A DNA stretch of 64,000 bases from a bacterium (lineage in GTDB: Bacteria > Patescibacteriota > Minisyncoccia > Phycocordibacterales > Zambryskibacteraceae): positions 1 to 64,000 of the forward strand of contig JAUSGI010000006.1 of assembly GCA_030649135.1 (NCBI GenBank), written 5' to 3'. This document shows, piece by piece, positions 17,933 through 28,755 of this stretch (within the stretch, counting starts at the first letter, position 1; each line of letters begins with the position of its first letter). The position numbers and the translations under genes are program-made. The notes beneath the pieces were generated by a model that had not been told where the DNA came from, searched no databases, and worked only from the letters and a program-made list of their open reading frames with translations.

Positions 17933-18616
17933 CTACTTCCCCATTCTGCGTTCACGATTTTTATACTCGTTGAGTATGGAGTCCAGTATTACTTCACTAA
18001 AGTCTGGCCAATATGCATCCACAAAGAAAAGCTCACTATAAATACTCTGCCAGGTAAGAAATCCGGAAAGCCGCTTTTCCCCACCTGTGCGAATAATGAT
18101 AGCTGGATTGGGCATGCCAAGAGTCCAGAGATGCCGGGTAAGTGTCTCCTCGGTAATCTTGCCTTCCGTCGCGGCCGCATTAGCGGCCGCGGCTATCTCC
18201 GAGCGCCCACCGTAAGAAAGACACACCCACAGCATTAGGGCATCATTCTTCACGCCCATTTCTTCAATACGCGCCATGGCTTTCTGCATCTCAGTATCAA
18301 AACGCCCACGCTCTCCTATAAATCGAATGCGAATATTTTCCTTAGAAAGTTTGGCAAATAATCTGTCTATCCATATTTGAAACAGTTTCAAGAGGTACAA
18401 AACCTCTGCTTCGCTACGATTCCAGTTTTCTGTTGAAAATGCGTAGACAACTAGATGCTTGATTCCGCGATCACGTACCCAATACATGGTTTCGTGCAAG
18501 CGCTCCGCCCCTTGCCGATGCCCTTCAAGCAGAGGTAATCCTCTCTCTTTGGCCCAGCGTCGATTACCATCCAAGATAATGCCGATGCACTCAGGTATTT
18601 TGCTATCCGTATGCAT
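17933..18616 (-). CDS. uppS: Undecaprenyl-diphosphate synthase (cis-isoprenyl transferase)
   Basis: ILDGNRRWA, ...AFSTENWNR... and RTGGEKRLSGFL signature blocks. Confidence 0.85.
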   Translation of the reverse strand: MHTDSKIPECIGIILDGNRRWAKERGLPLLEGHRQGAERLHETMYWVRDRGIKHLVVYAFSTENWNRSEAEVLYLLKLFQIWIDRLFAKLSKENIRIRFIGERGRFDTEMQKAMARIEEMGVKNDALMLWVCLSYGGRSEIAAAANAAATEGKITEETLTRHLWTLGMPNPAIIIRTGGEKRLSGFLTWQSIYSELFFVDAYWPDFSEVILDSILNEYKNRERRMGK

Positions 18617-18645
18617 AGAAAATTAAAATACGACTCTGGTCTCGT

Positions 18646-19557
18646 TTATAACGCCAGTTTGAGAACGTGGTCGACAAAATCACGAGGGTGCCAACCTGTA
18701 GCTTCAAGCGAGCGATGGGTTAGAGAATCCTTATGGAGCGCCGGCAAAGAGTTGGTTTCCAATATATAAATCTTTCTTTTGGGCGTGACAATAAAGTCCG
18801 AGCTGGAGTAGTGGCGCAATCCGAGGACTTCGTGCGCCCGCTTTGCCATCTGCTCAATCCGCTTATTTTCTTCCACATTCAGTTCAAAATCGGCTTTACT
18901 CGACGGGATGAGAGCATAGATTCTTTCTCCCTTGGCATCATTAATGACGGCGCACGATACTTCCCCGCCCTTAACAAACTCCTCGACCAGTGCCCGTGGT
19001 GAATAAGTGAAAACCTTTTTAATTGACTGCTTAAGTTCATCAAAGGTGTGCGCCAGAGACACTCCGAGAGACCCGCTCGCATTTGCCGGTTTAACTATCA
19101 CTGGATGAAGATAGGTTCTAAAAATATTAATTAGTTGGTCCTCGTTTAAATTATCTTCGGTGATAAGTTCGTGTACAGGAGTGAGGAGAGAATGCTCTTG
19201 GTATAGACGCTTGGACAACTCTTTGTTCATAGCCAATGTCGAAGCTAGGGCACCCGAACCAGTAAAAGGAACCTGCAGTCCATCGAGAATTCTTTGCACT
19301 TGACCATCTTCTCCATATGAGCCATGAAGTGCGTTCCAGACTACGTCTGTGTGCTCTAGAGCACGATGCGGCTCATGCACCAATCCTCCGCGATGCCATT
19401 CACCATCTTTAGAGATAAAGATGTCTACTGGTTCGTAGGTCTCCGGCGTCTCTCGCAAGGCCGAAAGAATATGCGCCCCTGTCTGAAGAGAAGCGCTATA
19501 GTCGCTAGACGGCCCCCCGCGTAGTACAGCTACCCTAATTTTCGAAGAAAGGTTCAT
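18646..19557 (-). CDS. ddl: D-alanine--D-alanine ligase
   Basis: IRVAVLRGGPSSDY...; ATP-grasp core; start set at MNLSSKIRV. Confidence 0.85.
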   Translation of the reverse strand: MNLSSKIRVAVLRGGPSSDYSASLQTGAHILSALRETPETYEPVDIFISKDGEWHRGGLVHEPHRALEHTDVVWNALHGSYGEDGQVQRILDGLQVPFTGSGALASTLAMNKELSKRLYQEHSLLTPVHELITEDNLNEDQLINIFRTYLHPVIVKPANASGSLGVSLAHTFDELKQSIKKVFTYSPRALVEEFVKGGEVSCAVINDAKGERIYALIPSSKADFELNVEENKRIEQMAKRAHEVLGLRHYSSSDFIVTPKRKIYILETNSLPALHKDSLTHRSLEATGWHPRDFVDHVLKLAL

Positions 19558-19564
19558 CTCTGAA

Positions 19565-20731
19565 TTATATCCTAAATCCCTTCCCGCGTAACTTTCGATG
19601 ATAATTGATAGCAAAACGATGCGCTTCCGAGTTGGCCAGGAGAATTTCTCTGGAATGTTTTGTATCACCCATAATCTCCCGGGCCTTGTGCCTCTCATCT
19701 TTGACCACAGCTGCCACATTGATATCCAAACCAGCCTTCTCCAGAACTTCTTTAGCTACATTTATCTGTCCCTTTCCCCCATCGACCACAACCAGATTCG
19801 GAAGTCGCCACTCCGGATGAGCAAGTCTTCTCGTAAGCACTTCTTTCAAGTTAGCAGTATCGTTATTTTTATCGTCACGGATTTTAAACTTTCTATATTG
19901 GCTTTTCGCTAATTCTCCGTCCTCTATTACCGTCATCACACCCACTACGTTTGTCCCAGATATATGGGCGACATCATAGGCTTCTATTCTGAAAGAATTT
20001 CCCGTCATTCTTTCGATATCTTTTTTTATAAGCGCGATGTCCTGGATATGTTCCAGGGCGAAGATTTGTCTCTTGACCTTCTCGGCATCTTCGAACTTGT
20101 GTTCTTTGGCAAGAGTTTTCATTTCTTTTTCAAGAGATTTAATGAGCCGAGGCTTCTTAGCTTCGAAGAAAAGGCGCAGGTGATGGATAATTTTCCTATA
20201 ATCATTTTTTGATATCCGTCCGGCGCATGGTCCGGGGCAGAGACCGATTTGCGCGTTGAAACATAATCTGTTATTGAGTTTGCATTTACTATCGCGATAG
20301 GGAAAAATTTTGCGGATAATTTTAAGAGCCTCCTTCAATTCTCCCCCGTGCGGAAACGGTCCATATGTGCCAGAACCACGAGTCACAAGTACTTTAGGAA
20401 AATCTTCTTCGGTAATGGTGACGTAGTTATAACTTTTGTCGTCTTTCTCTTTGGAGTTGTAGAACGGCTGATGTTTTTTAATTTTACTTGCTTCGAGCAT
20501 CAGTGCTTCAAGCACCGAATCTGTCTCGATGAACTCAATGTTTTCCACCTCCTCAAGCATTTTAGCTATGAGCGGCCCCCTGGTGTCAAAGACGGTCTTT
20601 GACATGTAGCTTTTGACTCTGTCCCGAAGGCTCGTGGCCTTGCCTATGTACAGAATATTTTTCCCTTTTTTAAAGAAATAGATCCCTGGGGTGTCCGGCA
20701 AGGTAAATTTCTTTAAATCTTGACTATTCAT
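19565..20731 (-). CDS. uvrC: Excinuclease ABC subunit C, short form (GIY-YIG + UvrBC + RNaseH-like, no C-terminal HhH pair)
   Basis: GIYFFKKGKNILYIGKATSLRDRV GIY-YIG motif, conserved UvrC core; start at MNSQDLKK. Confidence 0.8.
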   Translation of the reverse strand: MNSQDLKKFTLPDTPGIYFFKKGKNILYIGKATSLRDRVKSYMSKTVFDTRGPLIAKMLEEVENIEFIETDSVLEALMLEASKIKKHQPFYNSKEKDDKSYNYVTITEEDFPKVLVTRGSGTYGPFPHGGELKEALKIIRKIFPYRDSKCKLNNRLCFNAQIGLCPGPCAGRISKNDYRKIIHHLRLFFEAKKPRLIKSLEKEMKTLAKEHKFEDAEKVKRQIFALEHIQDIALIKKDIERMTGNSFRIEAYDVAHISGTNVVGVMTVIEDGELAKSQYRKFKIRDDKNNDTANLKEVLTRRLAHPEWRLPNLVVVDGGKGQINVAKEVLEKAGLDINVAAVVKDERHKAREIMGDTKHSREILLANSEAHRFAINYHRKLRGKGFRI

Positions 20732-20792
20732 ATGGTGAGTATAGTATTTGACTTGAGTAGGTTGTACAACACCGCCGAGGAGGAGGCAGGCC

Positions 20793-20987
20793 ATGATGGT
20801 TTTCGGCCGACAGAAGGCAGCTCGTCTTCAGCCTACGCTGGAGGAGGAGATCCACCAGACATGGAATGACCAGGAGGATGTCATCAAGGATCTCCCCGCC
20901 TACGACTGGGGTGAGTTGGAGGAGCTCAACTCCCCCTTCGCAGTGAGGACACACCCCACTCTCGGCGACATTTTGCGGTTCCTGTAG
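20793..20987 (+). CDS. Small hypothetical protein (64 aa) in a GC-rich minicassette between uvrC and uvrA
   Basis: gaggaggagg SD, acidic 64-aa ORF, strong terminator immediately downstream. Confidence 0.4.
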   Translation: MMVFGRQKAARLQPTLEEEIHQTWNDQEDVIKDLPAYDWGELEELNSPFAVRTHPTLGDILRFL

Positions 20988-21003
20988 CGCACCGAAGGTG
21001 GGC

Positions 21004-21045
21004 GACGACCCGGGCTAGCACAAGCCGGGTCGTCTATTTTTTATT
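21004..21045 (+). terminator. Rho-independent terminator, likely bidirectional for the minicassette and uvrA
   Basis: gacgacccgg-gctagcacaag-ccgggtcgtc hairpin followed by tatttttt. Confidence 0.6.
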
Positions 21046-23547
21046 AAGAGTTTTTCTCAAATACTTGCCGGTATGGGTATCGGTATTGGCTACTTCTTCC
21101 GGCGTACCGTGAGCCACCAGTTTCCCTCCACCGTCACCCGCCTCCGGACCAATGTCGAGTACGTAGTCGGCGCTTTTTATAAAATCTAGGTTATGCTCGA
21201 TGACTACGACGGTATTGCCTTTATCTACTAACTTCTGGAGAATTTCGATTAGCTTTTTAACATCTTCGTAGTGTAGGCCGATAGTCGGCTCGTCGAGAAG
21301 ATAAATAGTTTTCTGTAAGTGCGGACGGTAAAGCTCCGATGCAATTTTCACTCTCTGCGCTTCCCCGCCAGAGAGCGTGGTGGCGGATTGGCCGAGGCAA
21401 AGATAACCGAGGCCGACGCCGGTTAGACTTTTCAGTCTGTCGTAAATCGCCGGAATGTCTTCGAAAAAGGTAAGTGCTTCTTCAATCGTCATCTCGAGAA
21501 TATCGTAGATATTTTTCTTATTGTATTTTACTTCGAGAGTTTCTTTCATGAAGCGCTTACCGAGACAAACATCGCACGGCACATAAACCGTCGGCAGAAA
21601 GTGCATTTCCACTTCGATCATGCCGTTACCTTGGCAAGTTTCGCACCGGCCACCTTTTACATTGAATGAGAATCTGTTTGACCTCCAACCACGCGCCCGA
21701 GCTTCCGCGGTTTCGGCAAATAATTCGCGAATGAAAGTAAAAGCGCCGGTGTAAGTGGCGGGATTTGAACGCGGAGTTCGGCCAATCGGCGACTGGTCTA
21801 TTAAAATTGAGCGACCCAAGTATTCCGAACCGGCAAAACTCTGGCAATTATAAGTCTCGGGACTACGGTAACGGCGGTCAAGCCGGGCTTGAAGATTTTT
21901 ATGAAGAATTTCGTACACAAATGAAGACTTGCCGGAACCGGAGACACCGGTCACCGCTACCAGTCGGCCGAGCGGAATATCGACATTGAGATGTTTGATA
22001 TTGAAGATGGAACCGGCGCGGATGACAATTTTACCTTTCTCGCTACTTCGGCGTTTCTCCGGCATCTCAATATTTTTCTCCCCACGCAGATACGAGAGAG
22101 TCAGAGACTTGCTCTCGTTTTTCTTGGCCAGAAGAAGCGGCTCGAGATAATCCGCCACTACCACTTTCCCGCCATGAATACCGGCACCCGGACCGATATC
22201 AACCAGATAGTCGGAAGAATAAATAGTCTCTTCGTCATGTTCGACCACGATAATGGTATTACCCAAGTCGCGCAGATTAAGAAGTGTCTTAATCAAGCGA
22301 GCATTGTCCCGAGCATGAAGACCGATGGTCGGCTCATCGAGTACGTAGAGCGCCCCCACCAGACCGGAACCAAGTTGGCTCGCCAAACGTATTCGCTGGG
22401 CTTCCCCACCGGAAAGGGTGTGTGCTCGACGGTTAAGCGAAAGATATTCGATACCGACATCGAGCATAAAAGACAGACGCGCTTCTATTTCTTTCGTTAC
22501 TACTTTGGAAATATTTTTCTCGCGGATTGTTAATTTAAGTTTTTTGAAGAAGTCATCGCAATCCTTGATGGAAAGCGCGGTAAGCTCAACAATATTTTTG
22601 CCCCCCACCAACACACTTAAGGCCTCTTTCCGAAGGCGTTTGCCGAGGCATGATTCGCATGGTTCAGTGCCAAAAAAATATTTGGTGCCAAGACCGTTGC
22701 AGTCGGGACATGCGCCATATGGTGAGTTGAAAGAAAATAGGCGTGGTTCTATCTCCGGGAAAGAGAAGCCGTCCTTGGGGCAAGCCCACTTGGCCGACAT
22801 GAGAAATTCCTCGTCCTTAAATTTAATAACCACAAGTCCGTCTGATTCATTGAGAGCTCTTTCTATAGCTTCTGAAAGTCTTTCGAGAGCCCCGGCTTCT
22901 TCTAAATTTATCGAGTCAACCAAGACGGAGATTTCGTGTTTCTTGGTTTTAGTCAATTCAATGCGCTCTCGGAGAGAGTGCTTCCCACCATCCACGACGA
23001 CAGTCTCATAACCCTTGCCTAAAAGGTCGTAAAGCAGTTGGTAGTATTCGCCCTTCCTGCCACGAACGACCGGAGCTAGTATGTCAAAGACGCCTTTTGA
23101 TACTTTTTCTAAGACAAAGTTTTTGATTTCTTCGTTGGAAAGTTTTTTAATCTCACTGCCACAAACCAGACAATGAGGTCGGCCAATACGGGCGTAGAGA
23201 ATGCGCAGATAGTCATAAATTTCGGTGATAGTGGCCACGGTCGAGCGCGGATTATTGGAACGACTTTTCTGGTCAATGGAAATAGCCGGTGAAAGACCGG
23301 TGATTTCATCCACATCCGGCTTCTGCATCTGACGCAAGAATTGTCTGGCATAAGAAGACAGAGATTCAACATAGCGCCTTTGTCCCTCCGCAAAGATGGT
23401 GTCGAAAGCAAGCGAGGACTTGCCCGAACCGGAAATACCGGTAAAGACCGTCATCGAATTCCTCGGTATCTCAACGGTAATATTTTTGAGATTATGGGTG
23501 CGCGCCCCTTTGACGACAATTTTTTCCTCCGTTTTTTTATCTTTCAT
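21034..23547 (-). CDS. uvrA: Excinuclease ABC subunit A (837 aa, shorter than the canonical ~940 aa)
   Basis: Tandem ABC ATPase modules ([23 protein letters not shown]), Zn-finger CxxC pairs, LSGGEAQR signatures. Confidence 0.9.
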   Translation of the reverse strand: MKDKKTEEKIVVKGARTHNLKNITVEIPRNSMTVFTGISGSGKSSLAFDTIFAEGQRRYVESLSSYARQFLRQMQKPDVDEITGLSPAISIDQKSRSNNPRSTVATITEIYDYLRILYARIGRPHCLVCGSEIKKLSNEEIKNFVLEKVSKGVFDILAPVVRGRKGEYYQLLYDLLGKGYETVVVDGGKHSLRERIELTKTKKHEISVLVDSINLEEAGALERLSEAIERALNESDGLVVIKFKDEEFLMSAKWACPKDGFSFPEIEPRLFSFNSPYGACPDCNGLGTKYFFGTEPCESCLGKRLRKEALSVLVGGKNIVELTALSIKDCDDFFKKLKLTIREKNISKVVTKEIEARLSFMLDVGIEYLSLNRRAHTLSGGEAQRIRLASQLGSGLVGALYVLDEPTIGLHARDNARLIKTLLNLRDLGNTIIVVEHDEETIYSSDYLVDIGPGAGIHGGKVVVADYLEPLLLAKKNESKSLTLSYLRGEKNIEMPEKRRSSEKGKIVIRAGSIFNIKHLNVDIPLGRLVAVTGVSGSGKSSFVYEILHKNLQARLDRRYRSPETYNCQSFAGSEYLGRSILIDQSPIGRTPRSNPATYTGAFTFIRELFAETAEARARGWRSNRFSFNVKGGRCETCQGNGMIEVEMHFLPTVYVPCDVCLGKRFMKETLEVKYNKKNIYDILEMTIEEALTFFEDIPAIYDRLKSLTGVGLGYLCLGQSATTLSGGEAQRVKIASELYRPHLQKTIYLLDEPTIGLHYEDVKKLIEILQKLVDKGNTVVVIEHNLDFIKSADYVLDIGPEAGDGGGKLVAHGTPEEVANTDTHTGKYLRKTLNKK

Positions 23548-23613
23548 ATAAGTTTATAGCCCCCGAGGCAAGGCCTAGGGGGTATCTATCGCCAACCGAG
23601 TATATCACAGTAG

Positions 23614-25632
23614 TTATTTTTTCACTAAATGACTCTCGAGAATCTTAATCTCGTCGCGGAGGATGGCGGCGGATTCGAAGTCGAGGATGCGGACTGCCTC
23701 TTCCATTTCCTTCTTCTTGGCTCTAATCAGTTTCTTGGGACTTTTGGTAAAAAGCTTTTCGTCTGTCTCCAAGAGAAGATTGACTGCCTGATGATGTTCC
23801 CGTTCCAAGGTGTCGGTAATATCTTTGATTTTCTTGATAATCGTCTTGGGAGTAATACCATGAGATTTGTTGTAAGCAGTCTGGATTGCCCGGCGGCGCG
23901 CCGTCTCACCTATTGCTCTCTCCATCGAGCCCGTCATATTATCGGCATATAGGATGACCCTCCCCTCCACGTTGCGCGCCGCCCGCCCGATAATCTGTAT
24001 CAAAGAAGTGTCGCTCCTTAAAAATCCTTCTTTGTCCGCGTCGAGAATTCCGATGAGAGTCACCTCCGGCAAATCTAAGCCCTCTCTCAAAAGGTTGACT
24101 CCAACTAGACAATCAAATTCACCACGGCGAAAAGCGGTCAAAATCTCAATGCGTTCTATGGTTTTTATTTCGCTATGCAGATATCGCGCGTTGATTTTTT
24201 TCTCTCTCAAAAACTCCGATAAATCTTCCGCCATTTTTTTGGTCAAAGTGGTGGCAATCACCCGCCCACCCTTCTTTATCGCTTTCTCGGATTCTTCTAT
24301 AAAATCAGAAACCTGACCCTTGTATTGCCCTCTTGATTGAATCGGTTTGACCGAAACTTCCGGGTCAACCAATCCTGTCGGGCGAATGACTTGTTCAACT
24401 ACTTTAGAACTATTTTCCTTCTCAAATTTTGCCGGCGTAGCGGAAGTAAAGATGACTTGCCCGACCCGCTCCTCGAATTCTTCAAATCTAAGCGGCCGAT
24501 TGTCTCGAGCGGACGGTAATCGAAAGCCGTGTTCAATCAAAACATCTTTGCGAGACTTATCTCCGGCATACATGCCACCAATCTGGGGAATGGTGACATG
24601 AGATTCATCGATGATAGTGAGGAAATCCGCACTACCATCAGCTTTCTTAGGAAAATAATCGAGTAGAGTGTATGGGGCTTCGCCGGCAGATTTGCCGGAG
24701 AAGTGTCTGGAATAATTTTCAATGCCGTTGGTATAGCCAACCTCGCGAATCATAGCTAAATCGTAAGTGGTCCGGCGTTTAAGCCGCTCGGCTTCAAGCA
24801 GTTTGCCTTCTTTTTTTAATTCCGCCAGACGTTCTTCCAATTCTGCTTTAATGCTTAGGAATGCGCGTTTCGCATCTTCGTCACCAGTAATAAAATGCTT
24901 GGCGGGAAAGAGATAAAAGACCGGCAATTCTTTGATAACAATTCGCGATACCGCATCTATTTTCAGAATCTTTTGAATTCTCTCGTTCTCAATCTCGATT
25001 CTATAAATCATTCGCTCGGAAACAGGCATAATTTCAATGGCATTGCCAAGCGCCCGAAAGGTACCGGGATTAACATCAGCGTTCGTGCGGGTGAAGTGGA
25101 TACCGACAAGGTCACGGATTAGAGCAGAGCGGGATACATATTGGGCAAATTCCAACTTAAGATTCACCTTCTCATATTCCTCCGGATTACCGAGGCCATA
25201 GATGCAGGAAACCGAAGCCACAATAATGACATCCTTTCTTGAGAGAAGGGCTTGGGTAGACGCGTGACGCAGGCGCTCAATCTCTTCGTTAATCATCGCT
25301 TCTTTCTCGATATAGGTATCGGTCACCGGCATATACGCCTCCGGCTGGTAGTAGTCGTAATAAGAAACAAAGTAATGCACTGCATTGTCAGGGAAAAATT
25401 CCCTGTACTCTTGTGCCAATTGAGCAGCTAGCGTTTTATTGTGCGCAATCACTAAGGTCGGCTTGCCGATTTTGTCTATCACGTTTGCGGCAGTAAAGGT
25501 CTTACCGGAACCGGTCACGCCCAAAAGAGTTTGGTATCGCAGACCCTTGTGAAGTCCCTCCAGCAGCTCCTTGATCGCTTTAGGCTGGTCCCCCGCCGGC
25601 TTGAATTCCCTGTGTATCTTGAAAACTCCCAT
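23614..25632 (-). CDS. uvrB: Excinuclease ABC subunit B
   Basis: GVTGSGKTFT Walker A, helicase motifs, YYDYYQPEAY beta-hairpin region, C-terminal UVR domain. Confidence 0.9.
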   Translation of the reverse strand: MGVFKIHREFKPAGDQPKAIKELLEGLHKGLRYQTLLGVTGSGKTFTAANVIDKIGKPTLVIAHNKTLAAQLAQEYREFFPDNAVHYFVSYYDYYQPEAYMPVTDTYIEKEAMINEEIERLRHASTQALLSRKDVIIVASVSCIYGLGNPEEYEKVNLKLEFAQYVSRSALIRDLVGIHFTRTNADVNPGTFRALGNAIEIMPVSERMIYRIEIENERIQKILKIDAVSRIVIKELPVFYLFPAKHFITGDEDAKRAFLSIKAELEERLAELKKEGKLLEAERLKRRTTYDLAMIREVGYTNGIENYSRHFSGKSAGEAPYTLLDYFPKKADGSADFLTIIDESHVTIPQIGGMYAGDKSRKDVLIEHGFRLPSARDNRPLRFEEFEERVGQVIFTSATPAKFEKENSSKVVEQVIRPTGLVDPEVSVKPIQSRGQYKGQVSDFIEESEKAIKKGGRVIATTLTKKMAEDLSEFLREKKINARYLHSEIKTIERIEILTAFRRGEFDCLVGVNLLREGLDLPEVTLIGILDADKEGFLRSDTSLIQIIGRAARNVEGRVILYADNMTGSMERAIGETARRRAIQTAYNKSHGITPKTIIKKIKDITDTLEREHHQAVNLLLETDEKLFTKSPKKLIRAKKKEMEEAVRILDFESAAILRDEIKILESHLVKK

Positions 25633-25749
25633 AAGAAACTTACATTACAATACTTTTGGACATTTTGCTGTTAACTATTGATACTTACGACATCATATGA
25701 TACCCTGCCCTGCAGACACCCCCAACCTCCCACACACGAAGGAGAAGTC

Positions 25750-26166
25750 ATGGTCATCAGAACAGCTCGGAGAAGACGAGAAGAGCGAGAAAGGTACGTC
25801 GAGAAGGATGCACGAACCCTCTACAACCCGACACTCAACGGAATCTGCATCACGATTGCGTGGGCAACCAACTACGCGATGAAAGGACATCCTCTCAACG
25901 AGAATCATCCGAAGTGGGCGGAGTACTTCGCCTACAGCGAATGGTTCCGGCACCGTATCTGTGCCCAGCTCAAGCTCCCGCTCGACACGAAGTGGGAAGA
26001 CATCTATCGTCGCGTAGGTGTTCTCGTCGAGGAGGCGTGTCCTTCCAGGGACGAATTCAAGAGGGCATACGACTTCGGGAAGAGCCAGCACCTTCACGAC
26101 GAGCTAGGACCTGAGATGTTCGCCAGATTCGAGATGATCAAGTACCAGATCGTCGGACGTATCTGA
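25750..26166 (+). CDS. Hypothetical protein (138 aa), GC-rich minicassette between uvrB and tgt
   Basis: aaggagaagtc-ATG SD; Arg/Glu-rich N-terminus; about 58% GC; terminator follows. Confidence 0.4.
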   Translation: MVIRTARRRREERERYVEKDARTLYNPTLNGICITIAWATNYAMKGHPLNENHPKWAEYFAYSEWFRHRICAQLKLPLDTKWEDIYRRVGVLVEEACPSRDEFKRAYDFGKSQHLHDELGPEMFARFEMIKYQIVGRI

Positions 26167-26185
26167 CACAGCTTCCCGTGACCGG

Positions 26186-26218
26186 CCGCGTGGGTCTACC
26201 TGACCACGCGGCTTTTTC
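26186..26218 (+). terminator. Rho-independent terminator (bidirectional with tgt)
   Basis: ccgcgtgg-gtctacctga-ccacgcgg hairpin followed by ctttttc. Confidence 0.55.
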
Positions 26219-27437
26219 ATTTGTTATATTCTGCCAAAAATCTTTCTTTCAACTCTTTAAAATTCCCATCGATAATTGATTGCCTCATGTGCTTCACTAA
26301 ATTAATAATGAAATAGAGATTGTGTATTGAACCAAGGGTACCACCGAGCATTTCGTGAGCTCGGTAGAGATGACAAAGATAAGCGCGAGAATAGTTTTTG
26401 CATACTTCGCACTGACAATCTTGGTCGAGTGGCCCTGTATCTTCACGGAACTCCGCATTTCTGATATTTACTTTTCCTTTGGAAGTATATAAAGTTCCGC
26501 CGCGGCCATTACGAGTGGGCGCGACACAATCAAAAAGGTCCACACCATTTTCCACTCCCATAAACAAATCTTCCGGCTCGCCGATACCGAGAAGGTGTCT
26601 TGGTTTCTCTTTCGGTAATATTTCATTAACCCACTTCACCACGGTTTCCATATCTTCTTTAGCAAACGAGCCACCAATGCCGAAACCATCAAAATCAAGA
26701 CCACCGATAAACTCCGCCGACCTCTTGCGCAGTGACTCTTCCCTACCTCCTTGGACAATACCAAAAAGCGCCGGCACAGAGGTTAAACCTCTGGGATTCT
26801 CGAGGTTTAACCTCTGATGATGCTCGAGGGAACGCTCGGCCCAGCGATGAGTACGTTCAAGGGCCTCTTCTTGATAGCGAAAATTCTCCGCTGGCGAAGT
26901 GCATTCATCGAAAGCAAAAATGATATCGGCACCGAGATTGTGTTGTATCTCAATCGATTTTTCCGGTGTGATGTAGTGAAGTGAACCGTCAATGTGCGAC
27001 CGAAAAGAGACGCCGTCGGCGCCGATGGTGGCAAGACGCGGAGTTTCGGAATCCAGAGACCTCTCGGCAATCATCTGTGACGGATCGGTAATCTTAGTAA
27101 TCTTGGAAAGCTCTTTGCCATAGGCGGCACCGAGAGAAAAGACTTGGAAGCCGCCGGAGTCGGTCATTAATGGCCCGGACCAATTCATAAACTTGTGTAA
27201 CCCGCCAAAACTTTTGATACGTTCCGCGCCCGGTTCCAGATAAAGATGATAAGTATTAGCAAGCACCACTTCCGCCACCGTACTTTTGATTTGTTCCGGA
27301 GTCAGAGCTTTAACAGTCGCTTTGGTTCCAACAGAAACAAACGCGGGAGTGTGAATAACCCCATGTGGAGTTTCTAAAGTCCCCGCCCTGCCAAGTGCCC
27401 CTTTAAGCTCTTTTTCTATATAAAATTTTATAGCCAC
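26217..27437 (-). CDS. tgt: Queuine tRNA-ribosyltransferase
   Basis: TPAFVSVGTKA, ...LMTDSGGFQV..., zinc site C-x-C-x2-C...H in the C-terminus. Confidence 0.9.
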   Translation of the reverse strand: MAIKFYIEKELKGALGRAGTLETPHGVIHTPAFVSVGTKATVKALTPEQIKSTVAEVVLANTYHLYLEPGAERIKSFGGLHKFMNWSGPLMTDSGGFQVFSLGAAYGKELSKITKITDPSQMIAERSLDSETPRLATIGADGVSFRSHIDGSLHYITPEKSIEIQHNLGADIIFAFDECTSPAENFRYQEEALERTHRWAERSLEHHQRLNLENPRGLTSVPALFGIVQGGREESLRKRSAEFIGGLDFDGFGIGGSFAKEDMETVVKWVNEILPKEKPRHLLGIGEPEDLFMGVENGVDLFDCVAPTRNGRGGTLYTSKGKVNIRNAEFREDTGPLDQDCQCEVCKNYSRAYLCHLYRAHEMLGGTLGSIHNLYFIINLVKHMRQSIIDGNFKELKERFLAEYNK

Positions 27438-28441
27438 TACCTTTTGGCGATAATACTCTTTTTATACATATCTAAATGCTCAAGCGCTACGCCAGTACCT
27501 TTGGCGACACAGTAGTACGCGTCTTTGGCCATCACGGCCTTCACACCAGTGCGACGAAACATCAATTCGGGAAAATTGCGCAACTGACTTGAACCACCCG
27601 TCATGATAATCCCCCGGTCGATGATATCGGAAGAGAGTTCCGGCGGAGTTTCTTGAAGCACTTCCTTAACCGCCCGAATCATCTCTCGCAATTCTTTGGA
27701 CATCGCCTTGACCACTTCATTAGTCTTGACCTCAATAGTTCTCGGCAAACCGAGGATAAAATCTCTCCCCTTCACCGCCATAACCAGTTCCTCGTCCATC
27801 GGAATGGCGGAGCCGATGGCAATTTTGATATCTTCAGCCGTCTTGTCTCCAATAACCAGATTAAAATTTTTCTTGATGTAGTCCGCTATGGCCGTATCAA
27901 TTTTGTTGCCGGCCACTTTGACGGAAGTGGAAGCGACAATGCCCCCGAGAGAAATAACTGCCACGTCGGTCGTCCCACCGCCGATGTCGACAATCATGTG
28001 ACCGGCCGCTTCCTGGATGGGAATACCGGCGCCAATGGCGGCAAGAATCGGTTCCTTGACCACGTAAGCATTCTTGGCCCCGGCTTTGATGGCCGCCTCG
28101 ACCACCGCCCGCCGTTCGGTAGAGGTTACGCCCGCTGGCACCGAGATAAGCACGTCCGGTTTGAAAAGATTCCATCTCCCCAGTACTTTGTTTATGTAGT
28201 AACGGAGCATAGCTTCCGTCACCCGATAATCGGCGATGACTCCATCCTTCATCGGCCGGTAAGCGATAATATTGCCGGGCGTCCGGCCAATCATCATCTT
28301 GGCTTCCGCGCCAATAGCGAGAATTTTATTGTCTTCAGAAACCGCGACCACCGAAGGTTCATTCAAAACAATGCCCTTGCCGGGCACAAACACCAGGATA
28401 TTGGTGGTGCCGAGGTCGATACCAAGTTTTTTCGCCATCAT
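27437..28441 (-). CDS. mreB: Rod-shape-determining actin homologue MreB
   Basis: GIDLGTTN and DIGGGTTD phosphate motifs, actin-like fold; start at MMAKK. Confidence 0.85.
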   Translation of the reverse strand: MMAKKLGIDLGTTNILVFVPGKGIVLNEPSVVAVSEDNKILAIGAEAKMMIGRTPGNIIAYRPMKDGVIADYRVTEAMLRYYINKVLGRWNLFKPDVLISVPAGVTSTERRAVVEAAIKAGAKNAYVVKEPILAAIGAGIPIQEAAGHMIVDIGGGTTDVAVISLGGIVASTSVKVAGNKIDTAIADYIKKNFNLVIGDKTAEDIKIAIGSAIPMDEELVMAVKGRDFILGLPRTIEVKTNEVVKAMSKELREMIRAVKEVLQETPPELSSDIIDRGIIMTGGSSQLRNFPELMFRRTGVKAVMAKDAYYCVAKGTGVALEHLDMYKKSIIAKR

Positions 28442-28755
28442 TAACGCTATGATACTATAGTTCCATAGCGGAATGAAATCTCTTGACGAAAACCTCAAAA
28501 ACCGCGATGTTAAAGGACTCTTCAAGCATCCGCGCCTGAAGATGCTCGACGAATTCCACAGGCGGATTAATGCCGAAAGAAGAGCGGTCGACATGAAAGA
28601 ACTGCCCATGAGAGCGGTGGCCATCAAGACCTCTCACCTGTCCGTACAAGACTTGGCATACTTCCTAAAGAGATGCTCTCAGAGTTCCAATTTCTCGCGC
28701 TGTTTCTTCGGTAGTCTAAAAATCCCACCCCTCGACCAAGCTCGGGGCAAGCAAG

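Noticed and set aside
21991-22533. Long antisense ORFs inside uvrA, uvrB, mreB (e.g. 27653-28444) and other large genes
   Set aside because: They lie embedded antisense in well-supported conserved genes, which is a typical shadow-ORF pattern.
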